From Mustelus asterias (lineage: Eukaryota), in assembly GCF_964213995.1 (NCBI RefSeq), contig NW_027590163.1:62001-126000 (forward strand): a stretch of DNA of 64,000 nucleotides. Direction: 5' to 3'. The notes beneath the pieces are model-generated. The model searched no databases and was not told the origin of the DNA. It was given only the letters and a program-made list of their open reading frames with translations. Of the stretch, positions 1 to 11,483 are shown piece after piece (within the stretch, counting starts at the first letter, position 1; each line of letters opens with the position of its first letter). A program made the translations under genes and the position numbers.

Positions 1-261
1 ACCTTTAATCCCAGAACTGTCCTTCACAGTGATGGTTCTCCTGGACATTTTCCCACGAACACAAGCAAGGCGAATCTTCCAGCCTTGGTTCAGAATTCTC
101 AGGAATTTGTGACCAACATTCGACATCAGAGCAGAAGTAACCATTTGGCCCTTTGAGTCTGCTCCATCATTTATTTAGATCATGGATGATCTTTTTGTGT
201 TGCGTTCTCGTGCTATACCTGATACTTTTGATGTCCTTATCGAACAAGAATGAGTATAAAG

Positions 262-395
262 GCAAAATTCTGCTGTTGTTGGAAACTGAAACAAAAACAG
301 AAAACGCTGGACAATCTCAGCAAGTCTGACAGCATCTGTAAAGAGAGAATAGAGACAACATTTTGAGTCAGGATTACTCTTTATCAGAGGTGAAG
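262..395 (-). mobile_element. Degenerate family-B Penelope-like LTR fragment
   Basis: Reverse complement resembles the 'cagatgctg..cagacctgctgagattttccagcattttctgtttttgtttcag' repeat at 42938-43070. Confidence 0.55.
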
Positions 396-567
396 ACAAG
401 AAAAATCGGATAAAATTTATCCTGTGAGGGTCAAGAATTGGGAAGCAATCTATTAAACCTCCTCTGAACCACTTTCAATGCATTTGTATCATTTCTTAAA
501 TAGGAGACAAAGCTGCAGCCAGTGTTCAAGATGCAGTCTCAGCAACGCCCTGTATAACTGAAGTACA

Positions 568-789
568 TGATGTGGAGATGCCGGCGTTGGACTGGGGTAA
601 GCACAGTAAGAAGTCTCACAACACCAGGTTAAAGTCCAACAGGTTTATTTGGTAGCAAATACCATAAGCTTTCGGAGCAATGCTCCTTCGTCAGATGGAG
701 TGGTCTCTGTTCTGAGACCACTCCATCTGACGAAGGAGCATTGCTCCGAAAGCTTATGGTATTTGCTACCAAATAAACCTGTTGGACTG
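568..789. mobile_element. Fold-back Penelope LTR insertion (family A) with hammerhead motifs on both strands
   Basis: Perfect 75-bp inverted arms 633-707/714-788; 13-bp TSD taactgaagtaca at 555-567 and 790-802; same sequence as the LTR following the GIY-YIG ORF at 13660-13756. Confidence 0.85.
723..759 (+). ncRNA. Minimal type I hammerhead ribozyme motif (mirror copy at 662-698 on minus)
   Basis: CCAU-CUGACGA-A-GGAGC(AUU)GCUCC-GAAA-GCU-U-AUGG: conserved core, stem II, stem I CCAU/AUGG, palindromic AGCU stem III. Confidence 0.75.
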
Positions 790-837
790 TAACTGAAGTA
801 CAACATCTTTACTTCTCTGTTCAATTTCTCTCGTAAT

Positions 838-1630
838 AGAACAAAGAAAATTACAGCAGTAACAGGCCCTTCAGCCCTCCAAGCCTGCACCGACCATGGT
901 GCCTGACTTATCTAAAAACCCCTACCCTTCCGGGGACCACATCCCTCTATTCCCATCCCATTCATGTACTTGTCAAGACGCCCCTTAAAAGTCTCGACCG
1001 TATCCACTTCCACTACCTCCCCCGCCAACGAGTTCCAGGCACCCACTACTCTCTATGTAAAAAATCTGCCTCGTACATCTCCTTTAAACCTCGCACCTTA
1101 AACCTATGCCCCCTAGTAATTGACTCTTCCACCCTGGGAAAAAGCTTCTGACTATCCACTCTGTCCATGCCCCTCATAATCTTGTAGACTTCTATCAGGT
1201 CTCCCCTCAACCTCCGTCACTCCAGTGAGAACAAACCAAGTTTCTTCAACCTCTCCTCATAGTTAATGCGCTCCATACCAGACAACATCCTGGTAAATCT
1301 TTTCTGTACCCTCTCCAAAGCCTCCACATCCTTCTGGTAGTGTGGCGACCAGAATTGAACACTATATTCCAAGTGCGGCCTAACTAAGCTTCTATAAAGC
1401 TGCAACATGACTTACCAATTTTTAAACTCAATACCCCGGCCGATGAAGGCAAGCATGCCGTATGCCTTCTAGACTACCTTCTCCACCTGCATTGCCACTT
1501 TCAGTGACCTGTGTACCTGTACACCCAGATCCCTTTGCCTATCAATACTCTTAAGGGTTCTGCCATTTACTGTATATTTTCTATCTGTATTAGACCTTCC
1601 AAAATACATTACCTCACATTTGTCCGGAAT
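838..1630 (-). mobile_element. CR1 LINE 3' fragment
   Basis: ORF 1217-1408 LYRSLVRPHLEYSVQFWSPHYQKDVEALERVQKRFTRM is the CR1 ORF2 C-terminal region; typical 3' tail. Confidence 0.9.
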
Positions 1631-2593
1631 AATAAAGGATAACATTCCATTTGTCAGAACTTTGATTTGTTTGAACTAAGATTTATGGGGGTTCTCTTGT
1701 TTACAAGAACCTCCCTAATCGTAAATCACACCAGGTTCCAGTGTCTTAACCATATGGCAAGAAAGAACACTTTAAATGGTGAATTCAGAAAGTTATTAAA
1801 TCATTAAAAATTTAACAAGTCAGAAAGATAAAAAAAACAGAGTGTTGATTAACAGTTAATAGAGAAAGTTTAACATTAACAATTGAACAGACTTCTCTCC
1901 ATCCCTCTCAGACCAGGACATGAAGTGACCGCTCCGAAAACGTGGATAACTTGTAAAACCAACAGCTCTCAACACCTCTCTGTAAACATATCTCCCTCCA
2001 CCTCTCTCTACCAAATTGCCTTCTCAAGACCACTTCTTTATACTTTAAAAATGTCAAAAGACCATCTGAGCCAATTCCCATAAATCTTCAATTATGAACT
2101 AAAATAGACACGAGTTTCCGGGCGATTTAAAAACAAATGAACTGATGCGGAAAGGGTTAACTTTTCTACAGAACCTAAAGGGTTGGGGAGTGAGCAGCAA
2201 AAACTTGGCACACAATTACATCACTTTACACAAGTTTAAAACAAAACAAATGATCTTAAACTTCATCTATTAATTATTTTTGTTATATTCCTCAACCTAT
2301 TTAATTTGATCAGTTATTGTTAGGGATGGGTAACTTCTGTTCTTTATAAACTGGTTCACTCATTTTGTTAATTCCACATGGGCTCGGAGAATCAGAACCC
2401 AGACTCTATCATCCTTATCCTTTTTCTCCTCTCCCACCACTCCCTCTGTTTTGCGGGAGGGTCGTGGGGATTCCAATCAGACCAAATCATTTTATCATAA
2501 AAGTAAAATACTGCGGATGCTGCAATCCGAAACAAAAACAGAAAATGCTGGAAAATCTCAGCTGCTGAACACCAGCCGGTCCTGCAATAATCT

Positions 2594-2912
2594 CATAGAA
2601 TCTCTACAGTGCAGAAGGAGGCCATTCAGCCCATCAAGTCTGCACCAACCACAATCCCACCGACCCTATCCCCATAACCCCATTCATTTACCCTAGCTAG
2701 TCCTCCTGACACTGAGGGGCAATTTAGCATGGCCAATCCATCTAACCCACATTTCTTTGGACTTTGGGAGGAAACCGGAGCACCCGGAGGAAACCCACAC
2801 AGACACGGGGAGAATGTGCAAACTCCACACAGACAGTGACCCAAGCTGGGAATCAAACCCGGGTCCCTGGCGCTGTGAGGCAGCAGTGCTAACCACTGTG
2901 CCACCGTGCCAC
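2594..2912 (-). mobile_element. tRNA-derived SINE (HE1-like)
   Basis: Minus strand starts ggcacggtggcacagtggttagcactgctgcctcacagcgccaggg (A/B boxes); CR1-like tail; many copies in window. Confidence 0.85.
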
Positions 2913-3404
2913 CCCAGTTTAATTCTAACTCATTCTGAGTAAATATTCTCACCAGGTCCTCTGTTGGGGCTCTGCTAAGCAGCTTTAATGGTCCATGATT
3001 GCAGAAACTGAGCAGTCACAGGAATGTGGTCAAGATAGTCCAGTCCCATAATGCCTCACATTCAATCTGCTGTCCTTCAATTATAACAGAATATGTGGCT
3101 GTATGTAGCTGCCTCGGCCGTGGTCAACCCCAACACTGCCTTCCTGAACTGCTACAATGCCTGAGGTGTAAGTACACCCACAGTGCTGTTAGGGAGGGAT
3201 TTCCAGCTACACATTCCAGACTTTCACTGGACTGTAGGTGGATATCAGATTGATATATTCCATTCAACCACTCCCAAGGCGAGTTATTCCAAATCCTTTA
3301 TTGTCCAGGACAATATATTTACAATATCTTTAAAACAGAAATTAAACATTCCCATTTGATTTCAGAAATTAACACATTCTGTTAGTTTGTCCATTCTTGT
3401 CGAT

Positions 3405-4045
3405 GTCAGGCTGGGGTTGTTCCTCTTGGAGCAAAGGAGGTTGAGGGGAGATTTGATAGAGGTGGACAAGATTCTGACAGGTTTATCACAGAATCATAGA
3501 AACCCTACAGTGCAGAAGGAGGCCATTCGGCCCATCGAGTCTGCACCGACCACAATCCCACCCAGGCCCTACCCCCACATATTTACCCACTAATCCCTCT
3601 GACCTACGCATCCCAGGACTCTAAGGGGCAATTTTTAACCTGGCCAATCAACCTAACCCGCACATCTTTGGACTGTGGGAGGAAACCGGAGCACCCGGAG
3701 GAAACCCACGCAGACACGAGGAGAATGTGCAAACTCCACACAGACAGTGACCCGAGCCAGGAATCGAACCTGGGACCCTGGAGCTGTGAAGCAGCAGTGC
3801 TAACCACTGTGCTACCGTGCCGCCGTTTAGATAAGATGGACAAAGAAAACCTGTTCCCATTAGCTGACAGGACAAGGACGAGGGGGACACAGATTTATAG
3901 TTTTGGGTCAGAGAGGAAGGGGGGATGTGAGGAAGAATATTTTGATGCAGCGAATGGTAATGACCTGGAACTCGCTGCCTACGAGGGTGGAGGAAGTGGA
4001 GACAATAAACAATTACAAAGGAAATTGGATGGGCATTTGAGGGGG
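3405..4045 (+). mobile_element. CR1 3' fragment interrupted by SINE
   Basis: LGLFLLEQRRLRGDLIEV continues after the SINE as LDKMDKENLFPLA. Confidence 0.75.
3486..3824 (-). mobile_element. tRNA-derived SINE (HE1-like)
   Basis: Same family as 2594-2912; gttta duplicated on both sides. Confidence 0.85.
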
Positions 4046-4298
4046 TTTCCAAACAGATATAGTGACTCTGAACTTCCTCACACCCTGTCACTCTGTGATC
4101 CTTGAGAAATCTGAAACCAGGTATTCGCAACAAGACTCAAAGAGAATCAGCCCACTGGAGGCAAAGTCATGAGACCGGCCAGTCCAGCAGAAAGAAACCC
4201 TCCGACCCTCCCCATTGACCAACTGTGAGAATGAACAAAATGCAGTCCTGGATGTAATTGAGAGCAGAAACAATTACAGCAGAATCCAGCCCCTGGAA

Positions 4299-4889
4299 TC
4301 ACTTGTGAACTCGCTGATGTCTCAGCAGCTGGGATAAAAGACTGAATCTCTTCTCACACACAGAGCAGGTGAACGGCCTCTCCCCAATGTGAATTCGCTG
4401 GTGTGTCAGCAGGCTGGATGAATCACAGAATCCCTTCCCACACTGAGAGCAGGTGAATGGCCTCTCCCCAGTGTGATATCGCTGGTGTCTCTGCAGGTGG
4501 GATGACAGAGTAAATCCCTCCCCACATCGAGAGCAGGTGAACGGCCTCTCCCCAGTGTGAACTCGTTGGTGTTTCCGCAGGTCGGAAGACTGAGTGAATC
4601 TCTTCCCACACTGAGAGCAGGTGAACGGCCTCTCCCCAGTGTGAATGCGCTCATGGACCGGCAGATCGGAAGATCGAGTGAATCCCTCCCCACACTGAGA
4701 ACACGTGAAGGGCCTCTCCCCAGTGTGAACTTGCTGGTGTCTCTGTAGGCTGGATGACTGAGTGAATCCCTTCCCACACTGAGAGCAGATGAACGGCCTC
4801 TCCCCAGTGTGGTTGCGCCGATGAGCTTCCAGCAGAGATGGGTATCTGTATCTCTTGCCACAGTCCCCACATTTCCATGGTTTCTCCAT
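4299..4889 (-). CDS. C2H2 zinc-finger protein (ZNF-A), 7 tandem fingers
   Basis: [11 protein letters not shown] start, 7 CxxC-x12-HxxxH units with TGERPF linkers; exon acceptor ttttacag|gatatt at ~5240. Confidence 0.85.
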   Translation of the reverse strand: MEKPWKCGDCGKRYRYPSLLEAHRRNHTGERPFICSQCGKGFTQSSSLQRHQQVHTGERPFTCSQCGEGFTRSSDLPVHERIHTGERPFTCSQCGKRFTQSSDLRKHQRVHTGERPFTCSRCGEGFTLSSHLQRHQRYHTGERPFTCSQCGKGFCDSSSLLTHQRIHIGERPFTCSVCEKRFSLLSQLLRHQRVHK

Positions 4890-5407
4890 GGTGCAGGTGT
4901 CCTTGCCTCTCTCTTGGGTGGACAATCAGTTGAAGCCTCGTCCACACACAGAACACGAGTACAGTCTCTCCCCGCTGTGAATGGTGTGATATTTATTCAG
5001 GCTGTGTAACTGGTTAAAGCTCTTTAGTCAGTGCACTGGAACACCCTCACTTGAGTGTGGCAGTGTGTTGGTGCTTTTCCAGTCACACTGACACTTCAAA
5101 TCTTTTCAAATCGACAAACCGGACAATCATTTCTCCTTCTAGATTCAAAGTCCGATGATATTCAGCTCCCAAGGAATATGACTCTGTCAGATCTAGACGT
5201 GACGTTTGAGTTTTCAGTCTGTGATTCCTCTTTCAATATCCTGTAAAATGAGTTTACAAAAGTCATCAGTGTCAGTACAGGATAGAAATTCAGAACAGAC
5301 AATTCTAGTTTCTATGGAACATTCTTTCCTATTTCAGTCCCAAAAAGCTGTGAACTCCATCCCACACACTCTCCCTCCATTCTCACTCTGCTGTATCTAA
5401 TATTCAC

Positions 5408-5468
5408 CCTCCCAATTCTCCTGAAGGTGCTGATTGAGGCTGATTGACAGATCCATGCTCACTGCTTC
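5408..5468 (-). other. Putative 61-nt 5' micro-exon with uORF (MDLSISLNQHLQENWE...)
   Basis: gacag|GAAGC...GGAGG|gtgaat splice-like boundaries; identical to 30376-30436. Confidence 0.5.
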
Positions 5469-5489
5469 CTGTCCTGGACACAGAGACCA

Positions 5490-5900
5490 TAACAAATAGG
5501 AGCTGCAGTCGGCCATTTGGCTCATCGAGCCTTTTAAACTATTCAATGAGATAATTCGTTCATCTACCTCAGCATCATTCTCCCCACACTAAACCCATAT
5601 CCCTTGATATCTTCAATATCGAGAAACCAATCAATCAAACTCTTGAAAATAGTTGATGACTGAGGTTTCACTGTCCTCAGGGGTTGAGAATTCCAAATCT
5701 TTACCACATCCTTGAGTGAAGAAATCCCCCCACATCTTAGCTTTTGCTCCATCTTCTTGTCTGTTCCCCATAACCTTTGACACCCTTGTCAGTCAAAAAT
5801 CTGTCTGACTGGAATATATACAATGATCCTCAGCCTCCACTGGTCCCTGTGGAAGAGAAATCCAAAAGACTAACAATCCTCTGAGGGAAGAGATGTCTGG
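5490..5900 (-). mobile_element. Old CR1 3' fragments (duplicated at ~17560-17960)
   Basis: KIWNSQP...FKSLIDWFLDIEDIKGYG CR1 C-terminal motif. Confidence 0.65.
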
Positions 5901-6644
5901 AAATATATAACGTAGCTACAGTTCCACATTACAAAATATTCAGATCCCAAGGAATATGACTCTGTCTAGACGTGACGGTTGAGATTTTTGCCTGTGATTC
6001 CTCGTTCAAAATCTTGTGAAATGAGTTTGCAAAAGTCATCACAGTCAGTATAGGATAGAAATTCAGAGCAGACAATTCTAGTTTCTATGGAACATTCTTT
6101 CCTATTTCATTCCCAAAAAGTTGTAAATCTCCATCCATATCAATGGATTCTCACCTGGTGTTGTGAGACTTCTTACTGTGCTTACCCCAGTCCAACGCCG
6201 GCATCTCCACACTCTGAGCGGAGACAGAGAGAAGTAGGAGAGGCCGGAGGTGAGGAGAGAGATTTTATACATCTACAAATCAACAGGAACTTTGACAGAA
6301 TTTCCAAACCCTGTGAACACCATCAGGTCCAAGTTTCTCCCCAACTCACACACCACCCTGACTTGTCTGACATCCAGTACTGAAAGAACAGAAATTTATT
6401 TCATATAAATACTGGGAAGACTGAACCCATTGTGTTCAGTCCCCACTACAAACTCCACTCCCTCACCAACAACTTTATCTCTCCTCCTGGCAACTGTCTG
6501 AGGCTGAACCAGGCTGTTCACAACCAGGGTGAAATAGTTCATCTCAAGATGAGCTTCCAGCCACATGTCCACATCATCATCAAGACCACCTTCATTCATA
6601 GAAGCATTAATAGTAATTAATTAAAAGTAATGAATAATAAAATA

Positions 6645-6936
6645 GTGTAGAAGGAGGCCATTCAGCCCATCGAGCCTGCACCGACAACAATCCCTATCCA
6701 GGCCCTATCCACATATTTACCTGTTAATTCCCCCTGATACCAAGTGGCAATTTATAATGGCCAATCCGTCTAACCGGCACATCTTTGGACTGTGGGAGGA
6801 AACCGGAACACCCGGAGGAAACCCACACAGACACGGGGAGAATGTAGAAACTCTGCACAGACAGTGACCCGAGGCTGGAATTGAACCCGGGTCCCTGGCG
6901 CTGTGAGGCAGCTGCACTAACCACTGTGCCACCGGG
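6645..6936 (-). mobile_element. tRNA-derived SINE (HE1-like)
   Basis: SINE head and body; paralogous copy at 18712-19005. Confidence 0.8.
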
Positions 6937-6990
6937 CCACATGTCAGTGCCATCGCCCGACTCCAGCCCAGTCTCAGCTCATCTGGAACT

Positions 6991-7098
6991 CTCACCCATT
7001 CCATTGTGACGTCACACCCTCACCCATTCCATTGTGACATCACACTCTCACCCATTCCGTTGTGACATCACACGCTCACCCATTCCATTGTGACGTCA
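6991..7098. repeat. 28-bp tandem repeat x4 containing TGACGTCA/TGACATCA (CRE-like) sites
   Basis: Unit ctcacccattccattgtgac(g/a)tcacacN. Confidence 0.85.
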
Positions 7099-7329
7099 GG
7101 GCTTCCCTCTCCGATCACAATCCCTGCCGGCCTCCCACATGCAGCCTCAATGGCGGCAGTCAGCCCGGGTCTAACACTACAAGCTGCAGCTCCATTTGGT
7201 ACAAAGGGAAGTTCATTTCCGGGGTTTGGGTTTGAACAACATGTTTACGAAGCCTCTCCACCCACCCGCCACATTTATCATTCCCCGCACGCCGCCCTCT
7301 ACCTGGTATTGATCTCGCTTCCGAGTTAA

Positions 7330-7565
7330 AACCATCCGTCTGTCCATCGCCATTACCCGCACTTCCTGCCCCTCATTCACTCCGCTTGGTTGGAGGACCA
7401 GCCGCTCCCGTTCGGTCCTCCAGCCCCGCCCCTCATTCACTCCGATTGGTTGGAGGACCAGCCACGCCCGCTCGGCCCTCCAACCCCGCCCCCTCTTCCT
7501 ATTGGTCCGGAGCTGCCGTCAATCAGTCCCCGGGCATTGTGATGTGGAGCATGCGCAGTGTCATT
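7330..7565. promoter_or_regulatory. Bidirectional CpG-rich promoter between ZNF-A and ZNF-B
   Basis: ATTGG (CCAAT) boxes, CCCCGCCCC GC boxes, ACTTCC ETS-like sites, GCATGCGCAG NRF1-like site; lies between divergent ZNF genes. Confidence 0.7.
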
Positions 7566-7973
7566 GCTGTCCTTGGCGCTTGTTTGTCCCGGAGAAGCGG
7601 AGTCAGCGTTAGGCGGTGGCTGGGAGGATTTGGAAACACTTTGTGGATCCGCAAACCCTTCAGAATCATTGTCAGCTCCCTGGTTTGCAACTGCGGGGCT
7701 TCTCCCTCCCTCCCTCCCGGGAACAGGCCCAGGTTAACGGCCCCATCCTGGCTCAGCCACTGGAGGATGGTTCACATCAGAGGATGGGGACAATAAATAA
7801 GAGGTTACACTTTGGCCTCAAATCAATGAGGACTCTGATCTCTGGGAAGGAAGGAAACCCTGGGAGGTGGGCGGGGAGGATTCACAAACACCCGCTGGAG
7901 GCCCCAACACCCCCAATCAGACCCATTGGTTTTATTGTCAGTCTGCAGACAGCAGCTGGAGAACTGAACCCAG

Positions 7974-8139
7974 TAAGAGTTTTAACAACACCAGGTTAAA
8001 GTCCAACAGGTTTATTTGGTAGCAAACACCATTAGCTACCATTAGGTGTTTGCTACCAAATAAACCTGTTGGACTTTAACCTGGTGTTGTTAAAACTCTT
8101 ACTGTGTTCACCCCAGTCCAACGCCGGCATCTCCACATC
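7974..8139. mobile_element. Fold-back Penelope LTR insertion (family A, no ribozyme core)
   Basis: ~60-bp inverted arms; 14-bp TSD agaactgaacccag at 7960-7973/8140-8153; absent from the paralogous site at ~19981. Confidence 0.85.
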
Positions 8140-8697
8140 AGAACTGAACCCAGACAGAGGAGAGGGAGGGAGAAAACTGGAAGTGGAGAAAAGAAATGGT
8201 GAGATGGGTTTGGATTTCAGCCCAGGGAGGAGGAAGAGTTTGTGGGACAGGAATTTATTGATTTGGGGAACAAGAGAGGAAGAAATATTCCAGAGAATTA
8301 GAATTGCCTGTTCAAAATTTCTATCCTGGACTGACAGTGATTAATTTTGTAAAGTCCTTTTACAGGTGAGGTGAAGAAACATCACATCAAAATCAGACAG
8401 AGTCTCGATTCACTTGGACTTAAATATCCTCAGACTTTGACCGTGGAAGGAGAAATGTTTGTCTTCTGTCTGGAGAAGAAGATTTCAAACATCAGCGTGA
8501 CTGAAAAAGCACCAAGATACACACACACCCGAGTGAGAGTGTTTCAGTGAATTGACTGTGGAAAGAGCTTTATCCAGTTACGCAGCCTTAAAAAACATCA
8601 CACCATTCACAGCAAGGAAAAACTGTACACGTGTTCTGTGTGTGGATGAGGCTTCAACTGATCGTTTAACCTGGAGAAACATAAGGACACCAGCACC

Positions 8698-9621
8698 ATG
8701 GAGAAACCGTGGAAATGTGGGGACTGTGGGAAAGGATTCAGTTACCCTTCCCTGCTGGAAAACCATCGGCGCAGTCACACTGGTGAGAGACCGTTCACCT
8801 GTTCTGTCTGTGGGGAGGGATTCATTCAGTCATCTGGCCTTTGGTCTCACCAGAGAATTCACACTGAGGAAAAGCCATTCACCTGCACCTCCTGTGGGAA
8901 GAGGTTCAGGCATTCTTCAGCACTCACTGTGCACCAACGCACTCACACCGGGGAGAGACCATTCATCTGCTCCGTGTGTGGGAAGGGATTCACTCAGTCA
9001 TTCCACCTGCTGTCACACCAGCGAGTTCATACTGGGGAGAGGCCGTTCACCTGCTCCGACTGTGGGAAGGGATTCACTGGGTCATCCCACTTACTGTCAC
9101 ACCAGCGAGTTCACATTGAGGAGAAGCCATTCAGCTGCACTGACTGTGGACGGAGTTTCAGACAGGCATCCTCCCTCATTGCACACCAGCGAATTCACAC
9201 TGGGGAGAGACCGTTTACTTGCTTTGTGTGTGGCAAGGGATTCACAGTTTTACCCACCCTGCTGAGACACCAGAAAATTCACACTGAAGAGAAGCCATTC
9301 AGCTGCACTGACTGTGGAAAGAATTTCAGGCAGTCATCCAACCTCAGTGCTCACCGACGCACTCACACTGCAGAAAGACCATTCACATGCTCCGTGTGTG
9401 GGAAGGGATTCAATCGGTCATCCAACCTCTCTGCTCACCAGCGAGTTCACACAGGGGAGAGGCCATTCACTTGCTCCGTGTGTGGGAAGGGATTCGCAAA
9501 GTCTTTCAACCTGCTGGCTCACCAACGCACTCACACTAAGAGGCCATTCAACTGCTCTGTGTGTGGGAAGGGATTCACTCAGTCACAATGGCTCCTGAGA
9601 CATCAACAAGTTCACAAGTGA
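8698..9621 (+). CDS. C2H2 zinc-finger protein (ZNF-B), 11 fingers
   Basis: 307-aa intact ORF of tandem Kruppel-type fingers; acceptor ttttacag at ~8365. Confidence 0.9.
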   Translation: MEKPWKCGDCGKGFSYPSLLENHRRSHTGERPFTCSVCGEGFIQSSGLWSHQRIHTEEKPFTCTSCGKRFRHSSALTVHQRTHTGERPFICSVCGKGFTQSFHLLSHQRVHTGERPFTCSDCGKGFTGSSHLLSHQRVHIEEKPFSCTDCGRSFRQASSLIAHQRIHTGERPFTCFVCGKGFTVLPTLLRHQKIHTEEKPFSCTDCGKNFRQSSNLSAHRRTHTAERPFTCSVCGKGFNRSSNLSAHQRVHTGERPFTCSVCGKGFAKSFNLLAHQRTHTKRPFNCSVCGKGFTQSQWLLRHQQVHK

Positions 9622-10889
9622 CTGCAGGGGTTGGATTTTGCTGTTTTTGCTGCTGTTCAGTATTGACAGTCTGACAATATTTTATTTCTGCTGATGTGAA
9701 CAAACCCTATAACTAGTTGGAATTTAATATTCTGGAAATGTCACTGATTTTCGGGGCTGCAATGTCACTTTTTAAAAGCAACACCTGTGATCTTCCCTCT
9801 TAACTGAAGAACTCTCACAGGAACCTGTTGAGAATAAAATTAAGAACTTTTGCTTCAATTCTAATTTGATCTTTGGGGCAAAATCTACAATTCATTCTCT
9901 GAAAGATCCATCTGCAGGGCACAAAGTATTTATTTTCAATGCTTGTATTGAGATTTTCTGGAAAGCTGCTCTTTGATTTTTAAGGGCTATTTTTTGGTTT
10001 CCAGGGCATCGTTTTCCATTCTCAGTAACTCCTTTATTAGTGATGTAGTCACGTAGTAACATTACCTTTTGTGTTTCTGTTAGTTTACTTCTTTGAATAA
10101 GATAGCACAAATACTGAAGACTGTGTATATATTAAATCTTTTAAATTGGAATCTATGAATGATATTTTTTGTTAACTTATTTTAAAAATACTCCCATACT
10201 CTCTTTCCAAAATGAGAATTCTAACTATTTGACACAAGGTAACTGAATCAGATGTTTACTGGTTCAGACGGTGGAGCAGGAAAAATCTCTCCCGATTCTG
10301 ATCTTCATTGTGTGTGGATTTACATTGATAACCCATCAATAACCTCACTACACCAGCTGAGATCAGCTCTGACCGGGGATTCTGTATGTTGTCTGTGAAC
10401 GTTAAACTGCAAATAAAAGCAGTTTAGAATATGAACCTGGATGAATGGATCTCAATTTCTAATGTGACGACCCAAGTGATTGTAAGTACGTTCACAATAT
10501 CTGTTTACTCAAATTCCTGAGCTGTAAACCCCACCTCCTGAGATATATAAAAATAATCAAGACTTGTTCAGCAGAATGGGGAAAGCTCTGCCGATGGTCG
10601 GATCATTCCTTTTGAGGCTCACACTGCTATGAAACTAGTTCTGTAGCAGGAAGACACAACTCCTCCACACATCACCGATAGGCTGCTGAGTCAGTGAACT
10701 TCTTTTCTCAAAATAGGTGGCAAAGCTGTTCCTCCAGTTTGAGACTGTCTCTGCAGATGTAGCAACATCAGGAGAGACAGAATCTGTGATTGGAGGAGAT
10801 GGTCCTCACAGTTTCTGTCTCTCCCATGTACAGGATGATTTATTTTTTCCAGTAGTTCCTCCCAAGACAGAATTTCTGCGGGCCTTTTG

Positions 10890-11483
10890 GCAAGTCATGT
10901 TGCAGCTTTATAGAACCTCAGTTAGGCCGCACTTGGAATATGGCGTTCAATTCTGGTCACCACACTACCAGAAAGATGTGGAGGCTTTGGAGAGGGTGGA
11001 GAGGGTACAGAAAAGATCTACCAGGATGTTGCCTGGCATGGAGGGCATTAGCTATGAGGAGAGGTTGGAGAAACTTGGTTTGTTCTCACTGGAACGACGC
11101 AGGTTGAGGGCGATCTGACAAAGTCTACAAGATTGTGAGGGGCTTGGGCAGAGTGGATAGTCAGAAGCTTTTTCCCAGGATAGAAGAGCAGTTACTCGGG
11201 GGCATAGGTTTAAGGTGCGAGGGGCAAGGTTTAAAGGAGATGTACGAGGCAGATTTTTTACCCAGAGGGTGGTGGGTGCCTGGAACTCGCTGCCGGGGGA
11301 GGTAGTGGAAGCAGATACAATTGTGACTTTTAAGGAGCGTCTTGACAAATACATGAATAGGATGGGAATGGAGGGATATGGTCCCCAGAAGGGTAGGGGG
11401 TTTCAGTTCAGTCGGGCAGCGTGGTTGGTGCAGGCTTGGAGGGTTGAAGGAATGTTCCTGTGCTGTAATTTTCTTTGTTTTCT
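10890..11483 (+). mobile_element. CR1 LINE 3' fragment
   Basis: VMLQLYRTSVRPHLEYGVQFWSP and RGRFFTQRVVGAWNSLP. Confidence 0.9.

Noticed and set aside
2626-3843. Recurring ORFs such as GGTVAQWLALLPHS / GRKPEHPEETH
   Set aside because: Translations of SINE copies, not genes
4406-4945. Alternate-frame ORFs over ZNF exons ([16 protein letters not shown] repeats)
   Set aside because: Known shadow frames of C2H2 repeats; no independent evidence of coding
8659-8661. Conserved TGA as selenocysteine
   Set aside because: Not at a Cys position, no SECIS recognised, and upstream frames contain other stops or frameshifts
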